From Paraspadella gotoi (Eukaryota > Animalia > Chaetognatha), in contig CM119270.1 of assembly GCA_051294375.1 (NCBI GenBank), positions 14,854,046-14,918,045 on the forward strand: a stretch of 64,000 bases of DNA, read 5' to 3'. The notes beneath the pieces were generated by a model, which did no database searches, was not told where the DNA came from, and saw nothing but the letters and a program-made list of their open reading frames with translations. Position numbers and translations under genes: made by a program. Shown here piece after piece: positions 27,843-38,212 of the stretch (position 1 is its first letter; every line of letters begins with the position of its first letter).

Positions 27843-29001
27843 CGAGAGAGAGAGAGAGGAGAAAGGACAATTATCAAAGTATTAAGTATCAAAGGGGAAA
27901 ATCAACGGGTGACGGGCGACGAGCGACAGTCTTGTAAGGCATAAAAATTATCTCTCTCTTTNNNNNNNNNNNNNNNNNNNNNNNNNGCTGTTGCCACTCC
28001 GTTGGCGCCAATGACCAACGGAGAAACAGGAGCCGGTAGCGCCGCCCCAAGACTCAACAGTGAGTACAATGTCGATGTCGATGTTGATGTTGATGTCGAT
28101 GTTTACTGACAGTATTAATGTCCAGGAGGATGTCAATGCGGACAAACGACTAACTGTCGGACGTGTTGTCAATGTTGTGACGCTCCACCAACTGTTTTCT
28201 GATTATGTATATAAAAAAAATTAGCTTTGGGTAAAAGACGAGTTGCTGACTGTCAAACTGGTCATTTTTAAAACTTATAATTTGTTTTAAAACTAACTTA
28301 ATGAGCTTTCATTGAACTAAAATTTTCTAAATACTGTAAATTTTTTTTTCTAACTTGATAAAAAGAGAAAAAGAGAAAAAGAGAAAAAGAGAAAAAAAGA
28401 AAAAGAGAAAAAGAGAAAAAAAGAAAAAGAGAAAAAGAGAAAAAGAGAAGGGAGGAAAGGGGGGAAAGTAAAAAATCGTCCGCGTGACAACGAAAGCCAT
28501 ATCTCAGTCTATTATGATCTGATTGATTAAAAAACTGACGCGTACGTGTCAAACGTAACAAACTAACAATGAAATGGAAAAGAAAGAAAAACGAAAAAAA
28601 AAGAAGAAAAAAAAGGAAACGCGAGGAAAGCAAAAGGAGGAAAAGAGGGATGGATGGATGGATGGATGGATGGATGGATGGACGGATGGAAAGATGGATG
28701 GTTGGATGGATGGAAGGATGAATGAATGAATGAATGAATGAATGAATGAATGAATGAATGAATGAATGAATGAATGGAATAATGAATGAATAGATGGATG
28801 GATAGATGGTTGAATGGATGGATAGATGGTTGAATGGATGGATGAATCGATGAATGAATGAATGAATGAATGAATGAATGAATGAATGAATGAATGAAGG
28901 AATGAATGAATGAATGAATGAATGAAGGAATGAATGAATGAATGAATGGAATAATGAATGAATGAATGGATGGATAGATGGTTGAATGGATGCAAAGATG
29001 G

Positions 29002-29036
<35 letters not shown>

Positions 29037-29796
29037 AATGAATGAATGAATGAATAAATGAATGAATGAATGACTGAATGAATGAATGAATGAAAGGACG
29101 AAGACGTGAGAGTAGGATTCTGAAATGAGGGATAAAGGAATGAAAAACCGGATGTGGAAGGAAGGAACAAACAAGATAAGAAGAGAGAGCGGAAAAACGC
29201 GCTTCAAGAGAAAAGAGGAAATCAAGAGAGGCAAACAAATAAGAAATTGAAAAAAAAGCGAATTGAGGAACAAAAGGACAAGAAAAAAAGGACAAGAGTC
29301 AAACAAAAGACGGGGACTTTCGTTATTCGACTCAAGGATCAAGAATAAAGACGCGGAATAAGTTTGCATAAAAGTTGATGACTTTTGGCTTATTTCGAAT
29401 CATCTTGGGGAAAATAAACAACTTCTGTCGAGAATCGAATCTCGCTACTTCTTCCACCCCAAACCCTCTAATATTTCCCCTTCGCCACGAGGCCACGACG
29501 CGTCCGAATGGCGACTGACGCCGACGTCTCTCTTGTTTTGACAGATTCTTCATTCGCGGCGACGGTGCTGCGGGCGGCGCGCCAAGCGCAGGCCAAAGAA
29601 GAGGCGGAGAAGCTCGCAGCCGAGCAAAGAGAAAAGGTGAGTGGAGGGGATGGGAGGGTCAGCGGGAAAGGAGGTAAGGTGGAAGGGGGGAGTGGGGCGA
29701 GTTGGACTTCGCGTGTTCGGTGAACTGTTGTCGTGAGCTTTTGTTGTATTTCTATTGTTTGCCTCTCAATGTCCGCGCGGCTGTTGAGAGTTGTTT

Positions 29797-29838
<42 letters not shown>

Positions 29839-30214
29839 TCCCTTATGTTTTATTCAATCGATTCTCGTCGTTGCTCTTTTGTCTACAAAGTCAAGGAATG
29901 CGGAGACAGAGGTCCCCTCTTTTTTTTTAAATCCTTTATAAATTTTTATTCCTGTTTTTTTTTTTTTTTAGTTTTTTATTATTCGCCTTTATTTTCTGTT
30001 ATTGTGTGGTATATTGTGGGATTTTTCCATTTAATTCATGCTTAACAATAAACTTATTAAGCTGTAAAAAGAAAATTGTTTAGTAGTTTTTTTTTCCTTA
30101 TTCTTGATTTCTTTCTTTCTTTCTTTCTTTCTTCTTTCTTTCTTCTCTTTTTTTTTTCTTTTCTTCTTTCTTTCTTTCTTTCTCTCTTTCTTTATTCTTT
30201 CTTTCTTTTTTCTG

Positions 30215-30247
<33 letters not shown>

Positions 30248-30254
30248 TTTCTTT

Positions 30255-30289
<35 letters not shown>

Positions 30290-31294
30290 ATCAGCTCTTC
30301 TTCCTCGCTTCCGGCGCCCAAGGCGTCGACGGAGTCAATAAGCATAAATACTAATGCTCTTCTTACTTGTTGACAAGTTAATAAAAAGAAATGAACATAA
30401 CCCCCCCACTTTGCTATTTGGGTTTCATGAAAGTTGATGTTCTCTGTAAGATCATTTTGAGTTTCAAGAAAATAAACTTGAGGAGATATAACACTGTAAT
30501 AATAACTTAATAATATAGCAGAATGGCTGCATTATAAAAAAGAAGTTGTTATCCTAATTAATCGTAACATCATAACATTTATAACCTTTTTTCGATACTT
30601 TACTACATTTTAATCCTTTCTACTCCGTCATATCGAATTTTATTCCATACTCATTTTTTCGTCTTTGACCCGAGAATCTCAACTTCGTTCCCCATATTTT
30701 TTTTCTTATTACTTTTTTTTTTGGTCGTCATTTTGTTTTTGTTTTTCGTTTTTTTGGGTTTTTTTTTTTGTTTGTTTTTTTCTCGCTCATGTTTTGTTTT
30801 TCGCCGCAGGAAAACCGAAGTCACGGCGCAACCTCCACGGAGGCGCTCTCGAGCGACGCCGGCGGAAGTCAATGCGAAACCACGCCCAAGTAGGATGTGA
30901 GGGGTTGGATTGGGGCTTGGTAGGGGGGGGGCGGGTGAAATGAGGTTAGAAAAGGGTGGCGAATCCGAGTGCGTGATAAACGTGGAAACATAAAAAAAAT
31001 TAGTTGTTTACAGAGTGACGGGATCAAAAGATTTTGATACAAAAAAATCTTAACTGCTACAATATGCAAATGAGATTAAGTAGCTTAAACAAGAACCATG
31101 AATAACTCTCTCACCGTCCACATCTGTCACGCCGTTCACCCTTCACGACTTCTTCTTCTCTTCTGGTTCTCCAAAGCTTCTCGCTTTGACACATGAAGCA
31201 GCCGCCAACCGTTTTTCTCCTTTCATCACGTTTCACTTACCCTTCCTCACTTATCACTTACTCACTTCTTTTTTAGAAACTCTCTCACGTCTCT

Positions 31295-31365
<71 letters not shown>

Positions 31366-32462
31366 AATTCCCGACTTCCCAGTAAACAAAAAAGTTTTTG
31401 TTTATCTATTCCCGTGATAACAAGGCTGGTCAACCGTCTAGTCTCATTTTCCTACGAAATTTCTCATATACTAGCTTTTCAACCGGTTAATGTTAAATAT
31501 TAATTTGTTTACGAGTGCTACTATCGACTTTTTTTTGTTTTATATTGCTATGGTCGATTTTTTATGGAATACAAAACCTTTAACAAAACTTGCTACAAAC
31601 TTCACAACTTTTTTACTTTGTACCCAAACTGTTATTTCTCCGACTCATTTTCACAGCGAACCACCTCGAATGGCCACCCTGGGTCCACCACCCAAGTACG
31701 AAGACGTCTTGGTTAGAGCCTTGAGTCAGAGCAGGAAAGCCGCCGAGATTACTGGTAAAAAGAAGACGGTCACCTTCGTAACATTTTGTCATTTGATTGT
31801 GATATTGTGATAATGGGATCTATCCAATTTTTTGGGTTTTTTTTTGGGGGGGGGTTATATTCGTGAAACTGTGATTACATATAAATTTTTAAAAAACTTC
31901 TCCTCGCTTATCGCCTGTTTTTTTCCCTTAATTCCGTTTATGAAATTGGTACAACCAATATAAATATTATCCATTTATTTAATAAATGAGCTATTCTGCC
32001 CCTGACTTTGGACATTTATTTTCATCTACACATATCTCTCAACAGTCAACCCTTACTTCCGTTCCCTTACTTACCTGTAACTTTCCTTCTTTTCTAATGA
32101 GATGCCCCGGGCATCAAAGGCAATCTCGACCTCGCCATAGTCCCCACTATTTTATGTAGATACTTCGTTTCTCTTCAACACTATCGGCTTTTTTTTTTAA
32201 TTTTCCCCCACATTCTCTTCAACACCCCCTTATCCACCGATCGCCCGCTTTTCACTCCACATCCCGCGTCCACCCAACCCAAACAGGCGGCGACTCCGGC
32301 CCCCTCGTCCCCCACACGACGATCGTCTCCGTCTACGCGGATCCCGACGACGTCAAACCCCACTGCTCCTCCTCTTCCTCCTCCGTCGCCGCCTCCAACA
32401 TCTTCTCCAGGGGGCGCGGCAAACCCGACCCGGATGTGGAATGCCTCACCACGGAGATTTGA
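8099..32462 (+). CDS. Class C GPCR, metabotropic glutamate receptor-like (7TM and C-tail; multi-exon, partial, apparent frameshifts)
   Basis: Colinear exons: 8099-8187 (ICL1), 10183-10300 (TM2-3), 11018-11173 (ICL2/TM4), 12455-12567 (ECL2), 19973-20073 (TM5), 25575-25649 (TM7). Tail exons: <=27987-28059, 29545-29636, 30810-30889, 31657-31754, 32287-32462. The TM6 and proximal-tail exons were not found and may lie in N gaps. Confidence 0.8.
10183..10300 (+). CDS. mGluR-like exon, TM2-TM3 (indel-corrupted)
   Basis: CAG/GT bounded. Corrected reading ~GILLCYTMTFVILAKPSIFSCAVLRIGLGLCLSVCYS. Confidence 0.8.
10531..10718 (+). mobile_element. Dispersed repeat family, copy 1
   Basis: GATGGAGGCCTTTAAACCACCAAAGCCTGTCCAAAGTCAGGG...TATATTGGTTGTACC is the reverse complement of 60396-60570 and of 31944-32014. 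Confidence 0.75.
11018..11173 (+). CDS. mGluR-like exon, TM3 end, ICL2 and TM4 (indel-corrupted)
   Basis: Phase-2 continuation of CYS. Corrected reading ~AL.VKTNRISRIFN.ATKSIKRPSYTSPKSQII..A.LVSVQ, with the KTNRI.RIF and SP.SQ motifs. Confidence 0.75.
12455..12567 (+). CDS. mGluR-like exon, TM4 end and ECL2 (corrupted)
   Basis: TATAAG acceptor and GTAAGT donor. One frame reads [22 protein letters not shown], resembling the mGluR ECL2 pattern EPP...Y...EVYL.C. Confidence 0.5.
14250..16400 (+). mobile_element. Degenerate non-LTR retrotransposon (LINE; APE endonuclease plus RT), intronic
   Basis: Frameshifted motifs in the expected order: VQET-like ~14285, LNVY-like ~14490, SPG.DG (AGCCCCGGAAGACCGGC) ~15456, SYRPI-like ~15750, [10 protein letters not shown] ~16012, IDF.KAYD-like ~16200. 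Confidence 0.7.
19973..20073 (+). CDS. mGluR-like exon, TM5 (heavily corrupted)
   Basis: CATAG acceptor after (CT)n and GTGAGT donor. CTTGGAATAACGCTCTT resembles LGYNAL and AAAACCGC resembles KTR. Confidence 0.4.
20549..23990 (+). mobile_element. Ty3/Gypsy LTR retrotransposon pol (RT-RNaseH-integrase), frameshifted, intronic
   Basis: MPWG-like ~21020, Y.DD-like ~21172, RNaseH DAS ~21669, integrase zinc finger [10 protein letters not shown] at 22821 then TCRTC ~22929, PWE ~23006, GPY-like ~23752. LTRs were not delimited. Confidence 0.8.
25575..25649 (+). CDS. mGluR-like exon, TM7 (clean)
   Basis: TTTTTCCAG acceptor, GTGAG donor, 75 nt: [25 protein letters not shown], matching the class C TM7 pattern S.SA.VAL..LF.PK. 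Confidence 0.9.
27085..27400. repeat. Tandem duplication of ~170 bp
   Basis: TTTCTTTGTTT...CAGTCTCCACA.AGTAGA.GCTCGCACAC...GCGACGGAGAGGG occurs twice, next to an N gap. Confidence 0.8.
27987..28059 (+). CDS. Putative receptor C-tail exon (5' end in N gap)
   Basis: The only open frame reads [24 protein letters not shown], with a GTGAGT phase-1 donor that matches the next exon. Confidence 0.6.
28648..29095. repeat. Compound (GGAT)n/(GAAT)n microsatellite
   Basis: Directly visible. It produces the spurious SFIH ORFs. Confidence 0.95.
29545..29636 (+). CDS. Putative receptor C-tail exon
   Basis: TCTCTTGTTTTGACAG acceptor and AAG|GTGAGT donor: [30 protein letters not shown]. Confidence 0.75.
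30105..30290. repeat. (TTTC)n microsatellite
   Basis: Directly visible. Confidence 0.9.
30810..30889 (+). CDS. Putative receptor C-tail exon
   Basis: CGCAG acceptor, GTAGG donor, phase 0 in and phase 2 out: [26 protein letters not shown]. Confidence 0.7.
31657..31754 (+). CDS. Putative receptor C-tail exon with PPxY motif
   Basis: TTTTCACAG acceptor and GTAAA donor: [32 protein letters not shown]. Confidence 0.75.
31944..32014 (-). mobile_element. Dispersed repeat family, truncated copy 2
   Basis: Matches 60396-60463 and the reverse complement of ~10650-10718. Confidence 0.7.
32287..32462 (+). CDS. Putative terminal exon ending in the class I PDZ ligand TTEI*
   Basis: Phase-1 continuation, open to TGA at 32460-32462: [21 protein letters not shown]...DVECLTTEI. 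Confidence 0.7.
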
Positions 32463-35275
32463 GAAGAAAAATGGAAAAAGAAATGGATGGATGGATTGAT
32501 TGCTTGGATTGCATGACGAATGGATGTACAGAGGAATTGGTTGCGTGATGAATGGATTGGATTGGATTGGAGAGATTGGATTGGATGGATGAATGGATAT
32601 ATGAATGGATGGATGTTTGGTTGGATGGATGCATAAACTAATTAGGACGAATAAAGAAAAGGGTAGAAAAGTGGATCAACGGATGGCTGAAAAATGGATA
32701 TATGAATGAATTATTGGATGGATGGTTAAATACAGATATGGATGGATGGATGATTTGCCAGATTTATTGAAGTATTAATGGATGGAATGATGTATGGAAT
32801 TGATGAATTGATAAAAGAATGGATGGACGAAAGTAAGAATATGAACGTTGAAGCTTTCAGGAGTGCTCGAGTCAAATTATCCCATCGGTTAAGAAATCAT
32901 TAAAACCATTCCGAAGGCATTTAACTCTAGTGCTCCTCCAATCTTAGAAGAGGGCTTCCGTCAATGAGCCCCATTTTAAATGCAAATTAGTGAAATTTTT
33001 TGTCTTTTATTTTTTTATTTTTTTAATTTTTTTTAGTTTTACCAAATTCGGCCGCGGCCACTCAAGTAATATTACAATAAGTTAAATATCTTGTCTGATG
33101 TGTGGTTTTTTTTTTTCGAATACATCTTCAAAAATTTTTCAGTTTGACTCGGGCTCATACATATTAATCAATTTTATAAATTTTATTTTAATTTATAATT
33201 TAATTACCAAAGACAACGCCCGTCCGATTTTAGAACAAAGATGCATGCAAATTTCAGAGATAAAAAACTAATGAAATTTTTTGGATTATGCATAATAAAT
33301 TCTTTGCGTAATATCCGTCATTTTTTTAATTGTTTTCAAATTAGTTTTTTTTTTTTTCTATTCTCCTTTTTTTTCACAAAGTCGATTTTTTTTTGGTAAA
33401 AATCCTTGCGATGTTTTTACCGCAACTAACGACTTTGCCTTGCAATTTAATTTTTAGAATATTATTTACTTTTTACGTTTTTGGTAAATCTGAATTGATA
33501 AGATAATTTTAAAATTAAAATATTGCGACGTCATCGATGAGGGGAAACGACGTTACGTGACGCTTCGTGACGGGAAGTGACGTCAAAATCTTATCACGCG
33601 ATGCGATTTCATGAAACAACGGAAAAAAAAATATGAAAGTGACAGGACGACGCACAAGTGTTGAAACACGGTGATCCAAAACTCGACCTCGGTTGACGTC
33701 AAAATTCACAAAAAAAGTCATCGGAACAAAACAAAAAACGAAAAAACGAAACATCTCGAAGTCCAAAACAATTTATTTTTTTTCACAAAGACGTTACAAA
33801 GTGACGCAAAACTGGGCGTGACGAGGTCCTCAAAAGGGCGACGAGTGATCGCGTCTCGCGTCGTCACGAATCGTGACGTAATCCGTCGACATTAGCGACG
33901 TTATTTTTTGACGTCGGTTGAATCCCCTCCTCGAAAAGCCTCGACGTCGTTTTCATTTTTGTTTATTTTGTTTTTTTTTTTCTCCCCATTTTTATTCTTC
34001 ACGATCGTATTTTTTTTTTTTACTCTGGCTTTCTCGTCCCCTCAAGTTGTGGGGATTCGGTTCTAATGACGCAGCGTTCCCGCCATTTTCACATTTTTCT
34101 CTCAATCTTATTTCTAGTTGGGTTTTTTTTTCCGGTTTTTTGAATTGACGTACGGTAAAATACCGATGAATCCAGCTTTTAACGGAACTCTTTTATTTCG
34201 ATAAATTGTTATATTTTGTTTTCTAAATCAAGACTTTGAAAATATAAACTTTGGGTAAAATTAACTTTNNNNNNNNNNTTGGGAACGCTGTGTTCATGTT
34301 TCAAAACCTATCTACGAAAAAAAAATTGCTGTGAATAATGTTAATGTTCTCATTATTCTATTATCATCAATATCATTATCATAAATAAAATCGATATTGT
34401 TATTATTAGTCATTGTCGAGACCATTCTCTTTTAATTTGCGGTCGATGCCAAAACATTTTTAACGAGCTTAAATCTCAAAAAGACAGCTTCAGAAATGCT
34501 TCGTAAATGATATACTTTATCTTTATATGTCAAATTAATTATTTACATATCGGACCTTAATTTCTTGTTCAAAAAAAGATATTTCTGTGCTTGTGACTCT
34601 CGTACGATATTAAAAAAAAACAAGCTTTCTTCGTGTTCGAAAACTGTTTTTGTTTTTATTTGAAACAAAAAAACAAGGCTTATTTATTCTCGCCTCACTC
34701 CGAAATGCATTTTTAGACAAAAAAAAATATTTTTATATTTAATCTCATAGATTTATGTTTTAATTTTTCATTCCAAAGAATGCTAAGTGCAGAACGGCGT
34801 CCGTGGGTCAAGAGTCTATTTAATAACACACTAGTTTGTTAACAAATAAAGAATAAAATAGTTATTGTCCTATGACGTTCTGCGCTTCAAAAGTCTAATT
34901 TCTTTAAAAATCTCTTTCCTCTTTAGATCTCAAAATCTCTCTCATAGTTACGGATTCCTGAATTTGATCACTCTTGAGTTATTGTAATTTACGTTTCATC
35001 TTGTTCGAGTTGCCTTCCATTCCTTTTCGCTGGAAATGAATTAAGAAAAAATATAAAAAGGTACTGATTCTCGTTCAATGTACTTTAAAATTTGTAAAAA
35101 GAAAAAATTACCATAATTCAAAGTGATTTAGACTAGTACAATTCAAAGTATATACATAACTTTTTTCAATTTTTGATTTTAATTAAAAAAAAAGCCTTTC
35201 GTGCTTCTCAATTGTTCCTTTGTTATTTCCACTCCCCTTTGTACGAAAATTTTTTTTTTTCTAAAACGACTTTTA

Positions 35276-35316
<41 letters not shown>

Positions 35317-36223
35317 ACTCTCTCTCTCTCACTCTCTTCGTACATCGTTCATTCCCTCAATTTATCCTCCCATCGTTCTCTCTCTCTCTCTCTCTTTTCT
35401 CCACCCCCCTTTTTTCTCTCCCCAGCGTTCCCTGTTCTTTATCCCCTTGCCCTCTGTGACAAAGTGATTTGAGAATGTTACTTCGAACCATTGTTACGTT
35501 ATATTTGTGTTAATTTGTTACTATTTATTAAGTGGAGGTTCATGTGTGAAAGTAAAATTCATGTTCGGCCAAAAATCGTGGTCGTTTTTTCGAGCACATC
35601 GTTTGAGTTTAGCGGACATTTAAACCACAGAAGTTAGAACCTTGTCGGTTGTCAAAGTGTTTTTAAAAAGCGAAATAAAATATTTGAGCTGCCTCGACTT
35701 TCTGGTTAACTTTCACCATGGCGCCGGCAGTGGTTACAATAATTGTTTGTTTATTAGTTATTAAAATTGAGAGGTGACTATTAAAACGGTCTTAAAATCG
35801 TACGACATCGGAGGCCCCTGGCTCTTAAGATTCTGTACATTTTAAAAATAATCGAGATTTTCGCCGAGTTCACGTTTCTTCATAATCGTCGTCGCGTTCG
35901 ACATTACAAAATTATTATTAACTATCTCAGGACAATTTCTTAAAAATATATAGGCTTTTAGAGAAGCAAAATTGTATATATATTCTATTGGGTGCCAATA
36001 CTTGCGTGTTTAAATAAACAAAAAGAACCAGCCAAAACAATAAAAAGAAGAAGATAAGGAGAAAATCTTAAAGAATGTGCGTGAATGCTATGAAAAAATT
36101 CAATCTCTATTTACATAAATCTATGTTAGTAAATACTAACCCTTTCTTTTCAGTACTATAGTGACCCTCTATACAATATACATAATTTTACATATGTTTC
36201 AATATACAATTATACATATATTA

Positions 36224-36561
36224 ACTCACACGCAAAAAAAAACGCGCCACTTTATAACTTTACATTCCAGATGCTCCATAGAAATATTTATACAAATTAT
36301 ATAATAAAAATAAAGTTTTTTAAAAAATGAATCAATATGATTAAGTTTTATCATAATCGGTCAAATAGTTTAAGAGATATGATTTCTTAAACCCGAGTGT
36401 TTCAAATCAAGAAGGGAAAAACAAAAGCTTCAAAATAATTTACCTGTCTTTCATAATATTTTTTAATAAATTTTAATTTTAAAGTTTTTAAAAAAAATTC
36501 AAATATACAGGGTGGTTTTTAAAGGCTGAAATAAAGTGGCGCGTTTTTTTGCACATGACTG
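36224..36561. mobile_element. Tc1/mariner-like MITE
   Basis: Inverted termini GCAAAAAAAAACGCGCCACTTTA (~36232-36254) and TAAAGTGGCGCGTTTTTTTGCACATGACTG (36532-36561) around an AT-rich interior. Confidence 0.7.
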
Positions 36562-36617
36562 TTTCTCTCTAAATCTCAAGACTTTGTACTGACGCAAATT
36601 CCTGTTGGCGGATTGAC

Positions 36618-38212
36618 TCATTGAGAGGTTTCACGCCTTCCATTGAAGGTTTCATTGGTAGGTTCCGGTGAGGATTTTTCAATTGAAGATGAGTCCAGAT
36701 CGGTGGCTGAATAGTCAGGTCTTAAAGAAACGGACTTCGGTGGGTAAGCGGTGTCATCGAAATGCGGAAAATCTTGCAATGAAGCGCAAAGATCCAATGG
36801 GTAAGTATCGGAATTGTAAGTAGCATTATTTACTTGTGAAGACTCGTGCGGCGAGGCAGAGTGATTCGGTGGATAGCTCTCGGATTCGATCGGATAAACG
36901 CAGGTGTCTTTAAGGTGACTGCCTGTTTCATCTTCAACAATCTCTCGGTTGTCAATCTCTTTATCACCATCAAATTCTGAAGATGAAATGGAATTGTAAC
37001 TTTCCTTGAATCCCGTTGTCGCTATCATTGTTGTAGTCGCCGCCGGTGCTGGCGTTTTTGCCAAATTCAACGCCTCCAAGTTTGTGCAAATATCTGAATC
37101 TTCCAAAGTTTCTAAAACTTTTCCTGAATCCATCTCGGAATTGTGAAGGTAAGTAGCATTATTTACTTGTGATGCCTCGTGCGGCGAGACAGAGCGATCC
37201 AGTGGATAGCTCTCGGAAACGCAGGTGTATTTAAGGTGACTGCCTGTTTTATCTTCAACAATCTCTCGGTTGTCAATCTCTTCATCACCATCAAATTCTG
37301 AAGATGAAAAGGAATCGTAACTTTCCCTGAATCCTGTTGTCGTTATCATTGTTGTAGTCACCGCCGCTGCTGGCGTTTTTTCGAAATAAAATGCCTCCGA
37401 GTTCGCATAAATATCTGAATCTTCCAAAGTTTCTAAAACTTCTTGTGAATCCGCTATTTCAGTGTTTCCGTACGTTTCTGAATTCGCGCTTTGATCAATT
37501 TCTGAATTGTCCGTGTTTCCTTGGAAGTCCGAGGAACGCAGCGTCGAAACATTTTCATATATTTCAGCATTTTCTAGCGGAGATATTTCATTTGTCGGCA
37601 TCTCTTGATCTGTCATTGCGGAATCCAAAGTGACCGACTGCAAATTTTCGGCGTCGTCCAAATTGCTCGAAGTTTCCGCGCTTTCCGGTTCGTAATAAAC
37701 AGTCATTCCAAATTCGTCCGGCTTTTCGACTCCCTCTGGGGTCATTTCGGGCTCTTCCACGTCCTCCGGCGAATCGGCTTCGGAATAAACAGTCAATCCG
37801 TTCTTCTTCGACGGCGATTCCTTCGCCCCGTTCGGCTCTCTGGCAGTTTCCGGCACTCCGGGATCCTCCATGAACCAGGCGGGCGGTTCCATGTACTCCT
37901 CAGCGTCCACCGGAACATCGGGGGCGGGCTCCGGGGGCAGATCCCTGGCGGCGTCGTACTCGTCATCATCTACGGCGATGGAGAGGCCGGCGATGGAGAG
38001 GCCGGCGACGTCGATACCGCTTGCCACAGATTTCTTATTTTCTTCTTTCTTTTTCTTGTCTTTTTCTCCTTTGTCTCCACGAAGAGTAAAGAACTTTCCC
38101 AACCTCGACAGAACGTTTGGCTTTGAGGGAATTTGCTCGGGAAGATCAGGGCTTGGGTTTCGGCGGAAGTTGTTGTAGTCGTTCCGGCCGGATGGAGTCT
38201 CCGGTCGAGAAC
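36618..38212 (-). CDS. Terminal exon 7: acidic disordered tail with an internal ~100-aa duplication
   Basis: TTTCCCAG acceptor, in frame with the 549-aa ORF. The block VLETLEDSDI...SQVNNATY is repeated. Confidence 0.9.

Noticed and set aside
28298-29369. Long SFIH/HPSI ORFs (248-290 aa)
   Set aside because: Stop-free translations of the (GAAT)/(GGAT) microsatellite.
29508-29723. Independent gene starting at the 29508 ATG
   Set aside because: A strong acceptor at 29544 and a phase match to the upstream exon make an internal exon more likely.
30294-30335. Extra tail micro-exon after (TTTC)n
   Set aside because: No convincing phase-compatible donor.
37391-38178. Plus-strand ORFs opposite exon 7
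   Set aside because: Antisense shadows of the real CDS.
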